This document shows positions 46,827-57,147 of a stretch of 64,000 nt of DNA, piece by piece. This DNA is from Verrucomicrobiota bacterium. Its GTDB lineage: Bacteria; Verrucomicrobiota; Verrucomicrobiia; Limisphaerales; Palsa-1400. The stretch spans positions 1 to 64,000 of the forward strand of contig JBEKYR010000013.1 of the NCBI GenBank assembly GCA_049510745.1, in the 5' to 3' direction. Both the position numbers and the translations under genes were made by a program. The notes under the pieces are model-generated. The model was not told where the DNA came from. It did no database searches and worked only from the letters and a program-made list of their open reading frames with translations. How positions within the stretch are numbered: position 1 is the stretch's first letter; the number at the start of each line of letters is the position of its first letter.

Positions 46827-47911
46827 ACGCCAGACCCATTCGCCTCTTGGTGGTCGATGACTCCGCGCTGGCGCGCAAAATCATCACCAGCAGTCTGGCT
46901 CCGTTTGCCGACATCGCAATTGCCGGCACAGCGGTGGACCCGTACATGGCACGGGACAAGATTCTGGAGCTCTCTCCCGACGTGGTTACGCTGGACGTTG
47001 AGATGCCGCGCATGGACGGCATTACGTTCCTCAAACTCATCATGAAACACCGTCCCATGCCGGTGATCATCATGAGTTCCCTCACCCAGGCGGGTTCCGT
47101 CAAGGCGATGGAAGCACTGCAAGCCGGCGCGGTGGATGTCATGGAAAAACCGGGCGGCGCCTATTCCGCCCACCTCGACGGCGCCCGTCTGGCCGAGAAG
47201 ATCAGGGCCGCCGCCAGCGCCAAGGTGCGGGCGCGCTCGGAAGAAACCACACTGTTCACCCGCCCCCGCCCAACACGGGAGATCAGGCCAGGCGCGGCCT
47301 GCCCCCGATCCTTTCCCGCACGCAAGATCATTCTGCTCGGAGCATCGACCGGCGGCACCGAGGCGCTGAAAACGGTGCTGACCTCCTTGCGGGGAAACCT
47401 GCCGGGCATCTGCATTGTGCAACACATTCCGGCATATTTCTCGAAGGCCTTCGCCGACCGGCTCAATCAAATCTGCCCGATGGAAGTTCGGGAAGCCAGC
47501 TACGGGGACATCGTCCGACCCGGTTTGGCTCTCATCGCCCCGGGCGGGCGGCATCTGCTGCTCAAATGGCGGGAGGGGCATTACGTCGTGGAATTAAACG
47601 ACGGTCCCCCTGTTAACCATCAGCGGCCATCTGTCGATATTATGTTTGAATCCGCCGTGAAGGCGGGGGCCGGGCCGCATACCGTGGCCGCACTGCTGAC
47701 GGGCATGGGCGCCGACGGCGCCGCCGGCCTATTGCAGTTGCGCGAGGCGGGGGCCGTCACCGCGGCTCAAGACGAAGAGACGTGCGTCGTCTTCGGAATG
47801 CCGCGGGAAGCCGTTCGGCTCGGCGCGGCGCAGCAGGTCCTGGCGCTGTCGCGCATCGGGCCGTTTTTGGAGCGGCAGAACTTGGAACAATTGCAGGAAA
47901 TTTATGAATGA
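46823..47911 (+). CDS. cheB: Chemotaxis methylesterase CheB (REC + esterase)
   Basis: LVVDDS, TLDVEMP; GASTGG, QHIP, RPSVD, LLTGMGADG. Confidence 0.95.
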   Translation: MNARPIRLLVVDDSALARKIITSSLAPFADIAIAGTAVDPYMARDKILELSPDVVTLDVEMPRMDGITFLKLIMKHRPMPVIIMSSLTQAGSVKAMEALQAGAVDVMEKPGGAYSAHLDGARLAEKIRAAASAKVRARSEETTLFTRPRPTREIRPGAACPRSFPARKIILLGASTGGTEALKTVLTSLRGNLPGICIVQHIPAYFSKAFADRLNQICPMEVREASYGDIVRPGLALIAPGGRHLLLKWREGHYVVELNDGPPVNHQRPSVDIMFESAVKAGAGPHTVAALLTGMGADGAAGLLQLREAGAVTAAQDEETCVVFGMPREAVRLGAAQQVLALSRIGPFLERQNLEQLQEIYE

Positions 47912-48395
47912 CCAGATGGAACAAATTGACCGGTTGATACGGGAGGCGGTGAAAGAGGTCTTCCAGAGCATGTTGTCTATGGAGGTCAACCCCGAACCGC
48001 CCAGCCCGCTGGCCCCGGACCCCGACGGCCAGATTATTGGATCGGTCGGCTTCATTGGCGACGCCACCGGCATCATTTACCTTTATGCCGGCATCGGTTT
48101 TGCCCGGGTCATCACCAGCCGCCTGCTGGGCATTTCCGAGCGGGAAGTGGACACGGTGGAAATGGTCAACGACGCCATCGGCGAGTTGAGCAATATGGTG
48201 GTGGGCTACGTGAAGTCGCGGCTGTGCGACCGCGGATTGCCCTGCACGCTCACCATCCCCTCAGTGGTGCGCGGGCAGCAACTGAGTGTCGAAGGTTCGG
48301 CACAGGTCAAAGCCAGAGCGATCGGATTCCGCAACTGCAAGTACCATTTGTTGGCGGAAGTGCTGTTAAAAGACTCTTCAGCCAAAGAATCATGA
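47904..48395 (+). CDS. cheX: CheX-family phosphatase
   Basis: DAIGELSNMVVG (E-X2-N motif); PSVVRG. Confidence 0.9.
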   Translation: MNDQMEQIDRLIREAVKEVFQSMLSMEVNPEPPSPLAPDPDGQIIGSVGFIGDATGIIYLYAGIGFARVITSRLLGISEREVDTVEMVNDAIGELSNMVVGYVKSRLCDRGLPCTLTIPSVVRGQQLSVEGSAQVKARAIGFRNCKYHLLAEVLLKDSSAKES

Positions 48396-49516
48396 GAACC
48401 AAAATCTTAACCGTGGATGATAGCAAAACCATTCGCCTGATTGTGGCGAAGGCTTTCAAACCATTCGACTGCATGGTGCTGGAGGCGGACAATGGAGTCG
48501 TCGGCCTGGCCGTGGCCAGCCGCGAGAAACCCGACGTCATCCTCCTGGACTATACCATGCCCGTCATGGACGGCTTTGAGGTCTTGGCGCGGCTCCGTTC
48601 CGACCCGGACCTCAAAACCACGCCGGTGATCATGCTGACCTCCGAAGCGGGACGCGACACCGTCATCAAAATCGCCAAGCTCGGCGTGCGCGACTACCTG
48701 ATCAAGCCCTTCAAAGGTGAACTGCTCGTCGAGCGGGTCGGCCGTGTGGTGGACCTCAAGACCAAGACCGCCGCCGTGGAAAGAAACAAGCGGTTCGACG
48801 ATCCGATCAGCATCCTGGTGGTGGATGACAAGCCGGCCATCCCGGAGCAGATTCGCGCCGCCCTGGCCGACACGCCGTGGAAGGTGACGGGCGCCGACCA
48901 ACCCGGTCAGGCCATCGATAATTGCATGGAAAACGGGGTTGATCTGGTCTTGGCCAGCCTGTCTCTGCCCAATGACGGCGCTTTTGTGCTCTTTCAAAAT
49001 TTGCGCGGCTGCGCCAACACGGCGTCCATCCCGATCCTGGCGATGTGCGTGCGCACCGCCGCCGCCGAGCAGGCGCGCGCCCAACAATCCGGCTTTGCCG
49101 GGGTCATCACCAAGCCGATCGACCGCATCGAACTGAAGGCCAAAGTCTGCCGCACCCTCGGTCTGGAAACCTCCTACAAATACTTCCAGCAACGCAACGG
49201 CGCCCTGGCGCTGCTGCTGCCCAAGGATTTCCATCCGGGCATGGCCCACGAAGTCTCCACGCATTTGGACGGCCAGTTGGCCGGCACCGTGGATGCGGGC
49301 GGGGACAAGCTGATCATTGATCTCAATGCGGTGGAAACCGCCAGTCTGCCTGTCGTTGAACTGGTGCTCTCCGCCATTCAGGCGGCCAGCAAGTTGTCGC
49401 TCCGTTACGCGGTCGTCGGCTCGGCCGCGATCAAGAATCAGTGCCACAGTTATGAGGAAACTCAGTCCTGGTTGTTTGCCGACAACTTTGAACAGGCCCT
49501 GGCCCTTTTGAAATGA
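48392..49516 (+). CDS. Response regulator: REC + degenerate REC + STAS-like C-terminus
   Basis: ILTVDD...LLDYTMP...MLTS...IKP; the second REC (VVDD...TKP) has LVLAS where the acceptor Asp would be; C-terminal KLIIDLNAV is STAS-like. Confidence 0.85.
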   Translation: MRTKILTVDDSKTIRLIVAKAFKPFDCMVLEADNGVVGLAVASREKPDVILLDYTMPVMDGFEVLARLRSDPDLKTTPVIMLTSEAGRDTVIKIAKLGVRDYLIKPFKGELLVERVGRVVDLKTKTAAVERNKRFDDPISILVVDDKPAIPEQIRAALADTPWKVTGADQPGQAIDNCMENGVDLVLASLSLPNDGAFVLFQNLRGCANTASIPILAMCVRTAAAEQARAQQSGFAGVITKPIDRIELKAKVCRTLGLETSYKYFQQRNGALALLLPKDFHPGMAHEVSTHLDGQLAGTVDAGGDKLIIDLNAVETASLPVVELVLSAIQAASKLSLRYAVVGSAAIKNQCHSYEETQSWLFADNFEQALALLK

Positions 49517-50562
49517 ATACCGAATCCACACTTAAAGCCGAACTGGAAGTTTCGGCCGAGTTCGCCAAGCTGACGAAAATCCAAAAGCTGGCGGCCTTTC
49601 TCCTGATGTTGTCACCGGAAAATGCCGCCCACATCATGAAGTCCCTCGAAGAACATGAATTGGAGGACGTCTCCTCGGAAATGGTCAAACTCGGATCAGT
49701 CAACCAGGACTTGCAGCGCGAGATTCTGCGCGAGTTTTCCGGCGTCGCCGTCGAAGCCGCCACCGCCATCGTCGGCGGCGCGGACCGCGCCAAAGGTCTG
49801 CTCGAAAAATCGGTCGGCTTGTTCCGCGCCTCCGACATCATCGGCCGCGTCTCCCCCCACCGCGCCCCGGTGGAAGCGATGCAGCAAATTGTGGAGATGG
49901 ACGCCCGCCACATCTTCAGCCTGCTGCGCCACGAGCAAGTGCAAACCATCGTCCTGGTAACCAGTTACCTGAGCCAGGATAAGGCCTCTCAGCTTTTGGC
50001 CATGTTTCGTCCCGAAATTCGCGAGCAGGTCATCGAACGCCTGGCCACCATGGCCCCCACCTCCGTGCAAGTGGTGGAAAACGTCGCCGAGGCGCTGCAA
50101 AGCAAGTTCGGCAATAACCGCGCCCGCTCCCTCAGCCAGACGGGCGGAGTGCGGGTGGCCGCCCAGGTGCTCAACAGCTTGCCCCAAAACATCAGCAAAT
50201 CCATTCTCGTCTCCCTTTCCGAACGCAACGCTGAATTGGGCGAAGCCATCCGCAAAAAAATGTTCACCTTCGAGGAATTGGAACGGCTCGACACCCGCAC
50301 CCTTCAGATCATTCTCCAGTCCATTGACACACGCACGCTGGCCGTCGCCCTCAAGACCGCCAGCGAGCAAGTCAAGAAGCCTTTGCTCGCCTGCCTCTCC
50401 AAACGCGCGGCCGCCAATCTCCTTGAAGAGATTAGTTTCATGGGACCACTCCGGCTCACCGAGATTGACGCCGCCAGATCGCAAATCCTCGAAACCGTCC
50501 GGCGGCTCGACGCGGAGGGCGATATCAGCCTGGAGGAACTGCGCCAGAAGCCGCGCTATTAG
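49513..50562 (+). CDS. fliG: Flagellar motor switch protein FliG
   Basis: QKLAAFLLML N-terminus; MFTFEEL; LAVALK; SKRAA...EE...MGPLR torque-helix region. Confidence 0.9.
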   Translation: MNTESTLKAELEVSAEFAKLTKIQKLAAFLLMLSPENAAHIMKSLEEHELEDVSSEMVKLGSVNQDLQREILREFSGVAVEAATAIVGGADRAKGLLEKSVGLFRASDIIGRVSPHRAPVEAMQQIVEMDARHIFSLLRHEQVQTIVLVTSYLSQDKASQLLAMFRPEIREQVIERLATMAPTSVQVVENVAEALQSKFGNNRARSLSQTGGVRVAAQVLNSLPQNISKSILVSLSERNAELGEAIRKKMFTFEELERLDTRTLQIILQSIDTRTLAVALKTASEQVKKPLLACLSKRAAANLLEEISFMGPLRLTEIDAARSQILETVRRLDAEGDISLEELRQKPRY

Positions 50563-50600
50563 CCAACCCACTGCCGCCCGCCCTTATGAACCCATCCCTC
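50529..50600 (+). repeat. 72-bp duplicated segment, copy 1 (fliG 3' end + fliM 5' start)
   Basis: cctggaggaac...aagccgc...ttatgaacccatccctc; ungapped match to 51436-51507. Confidence 0.85.
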
Positions 50601-50633
50601 CCTTCCTAAAAGACTCTGCCGCCAAGGAGTATT

Positions 50634-51434
50634 ATGAGCACCAAAATCCTCACCATTGACGATGATAAAACCATTCGCCTGATTGTGGCGACGGCTTTCA
50701 AATCATACGATTGCATGGTGCTGGAGGCGGACAATGCTGTCGTGGGGCTGGAGACCGCCAGCCGTGAAAAACCGGACGTCATCCTCCTGGACTATACCAT
50801 GCCCGTCATGGACGGGCTTGAGGTCCTGGCGCGGCTCCGTTCCGACCCGGACCTCAAAGCCACACCGGTGATCATGCTGACCGCGAAAGCAGGACGCGAC
50901 ATCGTCCTCAAAGTCGCCCAGCTTGGCGTGCGCGACTACCTGATCAAGCCGTTCAGACGCGAATTGCTCGTCGAGCGGGTCGGTCGTGTGGTGTCCCTGA
51001 AGGCCAAGGCCGCCGCCGCCGAAAAAAACAAGCGGGCCGATGACCCGATCAACATCCTGGTGGTCGATGACAAACCCGCCATCCCGGACGAGATTCGCGC
51101 CGGCCTGGCCGATACGCCGTGGAAGGTGACGACTGCCGACCAGCCCGGACAGGCGCTCGACGACTGCAGGAAGAACGGGGTTGATGTGGTCTTGGCCAAC
51201 TTGTCGCTGCCCAACGACCAGGCTTTTACGCTCTTTCGAAATCTGCGCGGCTGCGCCAACACGGCGTCCATCCCGGTGCTGGGGATGAGCGCGCGCACCG
51301 CCGCCGCCGAGCAGGCGCGCGCCCAACAAACCGGCTTTGCCTTCGTGATCACCAAGCCGATCGACCCCGCCGAACTGAAGGCCAAAGTCTGCCACACCCT
51401 TGGCCTGGAAATATCGCCCAATAATACTAAATGA
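50634..51434 (+). CDS. Dual-REC response regulator, close paralog of 48392..49516 lacking the STAS-like tail
   Basis: Long near-identical DNA stretches shared with 48392-49170. Confidence 0.85.
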   Translation: MSTKILTIDDDKTIRLIVATAFKSYDCMVLEADNAVVGLETASREKPDVILLDYTMPVMDGLEVLARLRSDPDLKATPVIMLTAKAGRDIVLKVAQLGVRDYLIKPFRRELLVERVGRVVSLKAKAAAAEKNKRADDPINILVVDDKPAIPDEIRAGLADTPWKVTTADQPGQALDDCRKNGVDVVLANLSLPNDQAFTLFRNLRGCANTASIPVLGMSARTAAAEQARAQQTGFAFVITKPIDPAELKAKVCHTLGLEISPNNTK

Positions 51435-51435
51435 A

Positions 51436-51507
51436 CCTGGAGGAACCAGCCCGCAAGCCGCTTTATCAGTCAACCCGCCACCGCCTGCTCTTATGAACCC
51501 ATCCCTC
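51436..51507 (+). pseudogene. Remnant of the fliG 3' end (duplicated segment, copy 2) preceding fliM
   Basis: Diverged copy of 50529-50600. Confidence 0.75.
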
Positions 51508-52542
51508 AATTCAACCGCGCTGGACCCCCCCGCTTCCGCCCCCGCGTCGAGCGAGGTCGTTTCGCAATCGGAAATCGAGCAACTTCTCGCACAAGTGGAG
51601 AGGGCGGACCCCTCGGCCACAGGCGCTGGCGCTGCCGTCCCCCTCAACCCGGCCGGGCCGGAGTTTGTGCGGCGGCACGCCTTCCCTGCTCTCTGCCTCT
51701 TTTCCTCGGCGGAATTGCGCTGGCTGCGGGTGCGGCACGAGGATTTCATTGTTTCGCTGGCCGCCCGGCTCTCGATCCATCTCGGGTTGGAAGTGGCTTT
51801 GCAGATGTCAAAGCTGGAGGCCGTCCCGTTCCAGAGATTTGCCGACGCCCTGTCCAACCCCACCTATCTGACGATGTTCAAACTGCCGCCGCTGGCGGGG
51901 ACTTGCCTGCTGGACATCCCCCCGCGGCTGGGCTTGTGCATGGTTGACAGAGAACTGGGCGGTCCCGCCCGGGCTCCGGACGAGACCCACCAGGTTGGCA
52001 AGATGGAATCGCGCCTGCTCTCCCGTATCGTGGAGATTATCGTCAACGAATGGTGCAGCACTTGGAGCGACCTCCTGGAGGTCCGGCCGACGGTGCTGGG
52101 CACCGAGAGCAACAGCCGCTTCGTCCACACCTCTTCCCCGGAAACCAGCATGCTCGTTGTCGGGGTGGAAGCGCGCCTTGCGGATACGGTCGAACAAATG
52201 CAATTCGCCTTTCCCCACCCCATGCTCGAACCTCTGACGCTAAAGCTCAACGCCGGGGTCAGCGGCGGCGACAAGCCGGACGCCGCCGTCAAGAGCGCGC
52301 CCGCCAAATGGAATTCTTTATTTGACGAACTCGAAATCCAGGTGAAAGCGGAACTGCCGGAGATTCCGATCCCCGCCGAGCAATTGGCCGGCCTGAAGCC
52401 CGGCGACGTTCTGACCCTCCCGCCCGCATTGATGAACCAGGTGCAATTGCGCCTGGCCAACCACCCGGGCTTCGTCGGAAGCCTGGGCGCCAGCAACCAG
52501 CGCCGCGCCATCAGGATCGAAAAATCGCTCAAGAGCAAATGA
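51493..52542 (+). CDS. fliM: Flagellar motor switch protein FliM
   Basis: CheY-binding motif VSQSEIEQLL; DRELGG; ESNSRF; C-terminal SpoA-like LKPGDVL. Confidence 0.85.
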   Translation: MNPSLNSTALDPPASAPASSEVVSQSEIEQLLAQVERADPSATGAGAAVPLNPAGPEFVRRHAFPALCLFSSAELRWLRVRHEDFIVSLAARLSIHLGLEVALQMSKLEAVPFQRFADALSNPTYLTMFKLPPLAGTCLLDIPPRLGLCMVDRELGGPARAPDETHQVGKMESRLLSRIVEIIVNEWCSTWSDLLEVRPTVLGTESNSRFVHTSSPETSMLVVGVEARLADTVEQMQFAFPHPMLEPLTLKLNAGVSGGDKPDAAVKSAPAKWNSLFDELEIQVKAELPEIPIPAEQLAGLKPGDVLTLPPALMNQVQLRLANHPGFVGSLGASNQRRAIRIEKSLKSK

Positions 52543-52627
52543 TCCCTGTCCCGCATGGAAGACGGGATGGACAAGTCACATTTGCGGTGAGATATTCAAT
52601 CAAAAGCGCCTGTCTTTGCAGGCAAAT

Positions 52628-52704
<77 letters not shown>

Positions 52705-52727
52705 TTTTTTGGCCCCCTTTTGGGTGT

Positions 52728-52751
52728 CCATCATACCACCCATCATACCAC
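52728..52751. repeat. 12-bp tandem direct repeat CCATCATACCAC next to the tRNA 3' end
   Basis: Two perfect copies at 52728 and 52740. Confidence 0.8.
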
Positions 52752-53122
52752 TACTTTTGGCGGCCTCGGCTCGGAAGCAAAGCCGTATCGACGGCCTTAA
52801 AATGCATTATGAGCGCAGTCGCACAAACAAAAGTCGAACAGACCGATGCCCGGGAAGCGGAGAAAGAAAACCCCGCCAATCCCAACACGCCGTATTCATG
52901 CCAGGCAACGACCGCCAGCGCGAAGGCCGCCAGCGCCAGGGTGACGAACCCTAGCGCCACGATGGCGGCCGTCAGCAGCAGGGCGTTGAATAGCCCGAGG
53001 CGCTCTTCCTCCAATTCAACCACCAGCAGTTCCAGCCGGTTTTGTAAGATCGCCGGAATAGTGGCGGCCAACCGGCGCAGAGTCTCCAGCGCACCGAGTT
53101 GGACTGTTTTGTTTTCGTCCAT
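52751..53122 (-). pseudogene. YqjE-like (phage holin superfamily III) membrane protein, probably 3'-truncated
   Basis: NRLELLVVELEEER motif and TM helices; the sequence loses family character after ...GLAGF (~52870). Confidence 0.6.
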
Positions 53123-53169
53123 GGTTTAGTTGCGGCGTCCTACTTTCATGAGTGTTCTGAGTTGAGGGT

Positions 53170-53850
53170 TTACGTCGATTTTATTAGAGGCGCATGCCCG
53201 CCTGGGCCCGCGTGGAGCGGGTCTGCTGCTGGCCTCCGCCAGACCGGCCAGGCGGTTGTCTCACCTTTGGCGGCCTTGGCGAACTGGGCGGGAAATTCGC
53301 GTTGGAGGAAGACCGTGATTTCGGGGCGGAGATTAAGCCCGCGAACTTGAAGCAGGTTGTCAAAGCTGCGTGTAATCGGTTGCGGCCGGCCTGCCTCCAG
53401 CGGACCCAGCAGAATTCTGTTATAAACGGCATCCCACGCGGGATCGACTCCATCGGTTGTCTGCCCAGAGCGACAGGCAAGGCGACGAAGGTCCTCTTCG
53501 ACGACGTTGATGGATGGACCTTGGCGAACAACGTGCGAGAAGAGACGGCCAAGTTCGACAGGGTCCTTCGCCGTCCGGCGCAAATCCTTGATGAATTCCC
53601 TCAAGAGTTGCTCAGCGAAATCCAACCCATTCCGGTATTCCTTGGGGTCGTGCTGCCGCAGATTCCGCAAAGCCTCTTGCCAGGCAGAAGAGTAGCGCGG
53701 GCGCCTGCGGAAGCTGCGGATCGATTTGGCTAGAGCCGAAACAAGGGCGCGCCGCAGGCGGACGTCGATTCTTTCGCGTAACAGTCCGGGTTGGCCGATG
53801 ATTCCGCGCGCGGATCGGTCGTTGCGGGTTGGAGGATCAGTGGTGTCCAT
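53170..53850 (-). CDS. Hypothetical protein
   Basis: Open frame from MDTTDPP between pilT and the yqjE-like gene, same strand; no motif recognised. Confidence 0.5.
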   Translation of the reverse strand: MDTTDPPTRNDRSARGIIGQPGLLRERIDVRLRRALVSALAKSIRSFRRRPRYSSAWQEALRNLRQHDPKEYRNGLDFAEQLLREFIKDLRRTAKDPVELGRLFSHVVRQGPSINVVEEDLRRLACRSGQTTDGVDPAWDAVYNRILLGPLEAGRPQPITRSFDNLLQVRGLNLRPEITVFLQREFPAQFAKAAKGETTAWPVWRRPAADPLHAGPGGHAPLIKST

Positions 53851-53996
53851 AAACGTTCTGATTCGATTTGTGTTCCGGCAGCGATGCCGGCACCGGTAGT
53901 GTGGCTTGCATGATTCTTGTTTCGTTTGCGCATGTTTTTTGCTCCTCACTGCGGGTGTGAGAATTCTTTTTGTGAGAGTCTGGTGACACGCATCAT

Positions 53997-55115
53997 TCAG
54001 GCAGCCGCCTTTTCCAGTTCCGCCTCGGCCAACTCGGATTGGGCCGCGTCCCATTCCGCCAAGTTTTGCAGGACGGTAGCTGGGTCCTGGGATTTGTTGA
54101 CGACTTCCTCGCGGGAAATAATGCCCGCCTGAAATTTCTCCATCAGATTGCCGTCCAGTGTGACCATCCCGAACTTGGCGCCGGTCTGAATGTCCGATTG
54201 GATGCGGAAAGTCTTGTTGTCGCGTATGAGCGCGGCAATGGCCGGGGTGTTGATCATGATTTCATACGCGGCGACGCGCCCCGCCTGGTCAATGCGCGGG
54301 ATAAGCAACTGCGAAATGACCGCCTGCAGCACGGTGGAAAGCTGGATGCGGATGGTTTCCTGCTGGGTGATCGGGAAGGCGTTGACGAGACGATCGATCG
54401 TCTTGGCCGCCCCGGTGGTGTGGAGCGTGCCGAAGACCAAGTGGCCCGTTTCCGCCGCCGTGATGGCCGCTTCCATCGTTTCCAAGTCCCGCAATTCACC
54501 CACCAGAATCACGTCCGGGTCCTGCCGCAATGCCCGGCGCAAGGCCTCGGCAAAACTGGGCACGTCAACGTGGACTTCGCGCTGCGTCATGACAGCCCTT
54601 TTGGGCTTGTGATAGTATTCGATCGGGTCCTCGATGGTGATGATATGGACGTCGTCACGTTCCTCGTTGATGATGTTAATCATCGAGGCCAGGGTGGTGG
54701 TTTTGCCCGAACCGGTCGGGCCGGTGACGAGCACCAAGCCGCGCGGCTTGTGCAACAGAGTGTTGATGGTGTGCTGGGGCAGGCCGATTTCATCCAAGGT
54801 CAGCAGCTTGGTGGGGATCTGCCGCAGGACCAGGCCGAAGTTGCCCTTCTCCTTGAAAACGCTGACCCGGAACCGGGCTGCGTCGCCGAATGCAAAACCG
54901 AAGTCCGCCCCGCCTCCCTGGCGGACCTGTTGGATGTTTTCTTCGGAGGTAATGCTGCGCATGAGTTCATCGCAGTCTTGCGGGCGCAATGGCGGCCCCT
55001 CGACGCGTTGGAGAATGCCGTGGGTTCGGATAACCGGCGGAAAACCGGCGCGAACGTGCAAATCGGACGATCCCTCGGAGACCACCAACTGCAATAGATC
55101 AGACATGGCATACAT
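53997..55115 (-). CDS. pilT: Type IV pilus retraction ATPase PilT
   Basis: [58 protein letters not shown]. Confidence 0.93.
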   Translation of the reverse strand: MYAMSDLLQLVVSEGSSDLHVRAGFPPVIRTHGILQRVEGPPLRPQDCDELMRSITSEENIQQVRQGGGADFGFAFGDAARFRVSVFKEKGNFGLVLRQIPTKLLTLDEIGLPQHTINTLLHKPRGLVLVTGPTGSGKTTTLASMINIINEERDDVHIITIEDPIEYYHKPKRAVMTQREVHVDVPSFAEALRRALRQDPDVILVGELRDLETMEAAITAAETGHLVFGTLHTTGAAKTIDRLVNAFPITQQETIRIQLSTVLQAVISQLLIPRIDQAGRVAAYEIMINTPAIAALIRDNKTFRIQSDIQTGAKFGMVTLDGNLMEKFQAGIISREEVVNKSQDPATVLQNLAEWDAAQSELAEAELEKAAA

Positions 55116-55156
55116 AGATCAGCCTTTCATATTGTCAAAGTCATCGGTAACTTCAT

Positions 55157-57118
55157 TTAGTTTTTCATTCCCTCACTTTGCCCTTTGTCCGAAAACAGTC
55201 GCACCAGGGCTTCCTGAACGGCCGGGACATGCAGGTTTCCGAGGTGACCGCCGTCCGGATAAATCGTCAGATTTCTGCCGAAGGCGGAGCGAAACCAGGA
55301 AATGTCGGTCGCCGTGAGCAGAAAATCATCCTCGGATATCTGAACGCGGACTTTCGGATTATTGCGGAGTAACCCCGTGCTTTGGTCCAGGTCGGTGGCG
55401 GCCATGAGTTGCTCGCGATTTGTCACACGGCCAGTCTTGATCAAGTACGGAAGAACAAAGCGGTCCGTGTACTCTTCATAATCGATCTGCCGAATCTCGC
55501 GGTAGGACTCCTGGCGGAGAAATTTGTCCGGGTTCACCTTTAAGACGCCCAGGTTGTGCCGCCGCTGGCTGTCCTCGATGGCGGTCATGAGCGTGTAGCG
55601 GAACGCCAAACCGATCACAAAATCCGACTCGGTGCGCGTCAGGGGGATATTGCCTGAGACATCCAAGCCGTTGTCGGCAAAGTAAAGCGCCTTGTAAATG
55701 GCCACTTTCATCCGGTCGCGCCGTTCCGCGGCCGGCCAGGCCAGGGGCGCGTCGAACATTTCGTCCAGGCACCGCTCTGCGTGGGCCAGTTGCGGGGGCG
55801 GGTTGATGGCGACATAACGGTCAAAGGTCAGGCCGCCCAGTTGGCCGGCGGCTTCGCGCGCCGCAATCAGCAAGGTGAAATAGCCGCCGTGGGAAACACC
55901 GGTAAGTGAGGTTCCGGTAATCTTGTCGCCCTTCCATTTCCGCAGGTCCGCCAGGATCAATTTGAGCGCGTTCACCACGTCGTCGCAGTCCACCGGACCG
56001 TAACCCGGAACAGACATGGTTGAAGCGGATTCCATGAACTCCTTCTGGAATGGATTGGAGAAGGCCACCACGGAGTAGCCGTGCCGGTACAGCATGTCCG
56101 CATAAGCCACCGTGGATCGGTCCAAACGATAAGCCCCCAGCCCAGGGATATAACATGCCAGGGGAGCCGCCTTCTTCTGCATCCAGCAGGAGTAGGCCAG
56201 TTTCTTGCCAGTGGCCGGCACGCGTACTTTGCGCGTGACGGCCCTGTCCGCAAAATCGGGGATGACTGGTTTGAACAGTACTGCGTTCAGGGTGGGATTG
56301 GCTCGGGAATCGCTGTCGGAAGTTGGCCGGTAGTCATTGATCAACCGCTGGCGGTTCAACGAATACAAGGTGCGAGAGGCCTGGTATGGGTCCACCAGGG
56401 AATCAAGTTGGCGCTTGTAGTCCCGCGCCTCGCCGCTGACGTCATTGACCGTGATGCCGGGCCGAACGGTCATCGCCCAGACCTTGTCCGGATACGCTAA
56501 AGCCAGGTCGGAACTTATATCCATCGGCCAGTCAACAATTTTGCCCAAGGCGTCGCGGCCATTGCAGGGTCCGAGGATGGGAATAACAAGGTAGAACCCG
56601 GGACCGCAACCACAATACCCCAAGGTTTGGCCGAAATCTTCATCCGAGCGCCCGATTTTCCAATGAGTGGCTGGATCAAAAAAACCACCCAACCCGACAG
56701 TCGAGTTGGCTCCAAAACGCTTGGTTTCCTCCCATGCGCCATGCCACTTTCCTTGGAAACAACTGTTGAAGAACCTAACCGGGTAACTCAGGTTATGCCC
56801 GACATTGCTGATTCTGGTGCGAACCGGTTTTGGCACCACAAAATTATAGCCAAAACTTGCGGGATAAATCACTCCTCGGAACAGGCAATCGTTAAACGCC
56901 CAGGAGCATCGGTTGAACCCTTCGATTGGGTCGGGCACGACGTCGAAATACGGCATCTGCCCGGATTCCAGCTTGTCCGCCTTTCCATTTGGCGTGGTTC
57001 CCTGAGCCTTGAGAATGGCGGAATGCATGGTGAGGAATACCACCAACGCTAAAGCAGGCAGGCTGGACCAAGAACATTTTAGCTTGGACCCGACCAGGTA
57101 ATAGTAGTTGTTGGCCAT
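55157..57118 (-). CDS. mlaA: Fusion of an MlaA/VacJ-family domain and an alpha/beta-hydrolase domain
   Basis: DPIEGFNR, RFGANSTVGLGGFFDPA, EDFGQTLG, GFYLVIPILGP (MlaA); GVSHGG, EDDFLL, GGHLGN (hydrolase triad). Start uncertain. Confidence 0.8.
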   Translation of the reverse strand: MANNYYYLVGSKLKCSWSSLPALALVVFLTMHSAILKAQGTTPNGKADKLESGQMPYFDVVPDPIEGFNRCSWAFNDCLFRGVIYPASFGYNFVVPKPVRTRISNVGHNLSYPVRFFNSCFQGKWHGAWEETKRFGANSTVGLGGFFDPATHWKIGRSDEDFGQTLGYCGCGPGFYLVIPILGPCNGRDALGKIVDWPMDISSDLALAYPDKVWAMTVRPGITVNDVSGEARDYKRQLDSLVDPYQASRTLYSLNRQRLINDYRPTSDSDSRANPTLNAVLFKPVIPDFADRAVTRKVRVPATGKKLAYSCWMQKKAAPLACYIPGLGAYRLDRSTVAYADMLYRHGYSVVAFSNPFQKEFMESASTMSVPGYGPVDCDDVVNALKLILADLRKWKGDKITGTSLTGVSHGGYFTLLIAAREAAGQLGGLTFDRYVAINPPPQLAHAERCLDEMFDAPLAWPAAERRDRMKVAIYKALYFADNGLDVSGNIPLTRTESDFVIGLAFRYTLMTAIEDSQRRHNLGVLKVNPDKFLRQESYREIRQIDYEEYTDRFVLPYLIKTGRVTNREQLMAATDLDQSTGLLRNNPKVRVQISEDDFLLTATDISWFRSAFGRNLTIYPDGGHLGNLHVPAVQEALVRLFSDKGQSEGMKN

Positions 57119-57147
57119 GTGGTTCCTAATATAAAAATAGCCCTGCT

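Noticed and set aside
52751..53122. Prophage lysis holin
   Set aside because: It is a YqjE-type cellular membrane protein, and the window has no endolysin, capsid, terminase or integrase.
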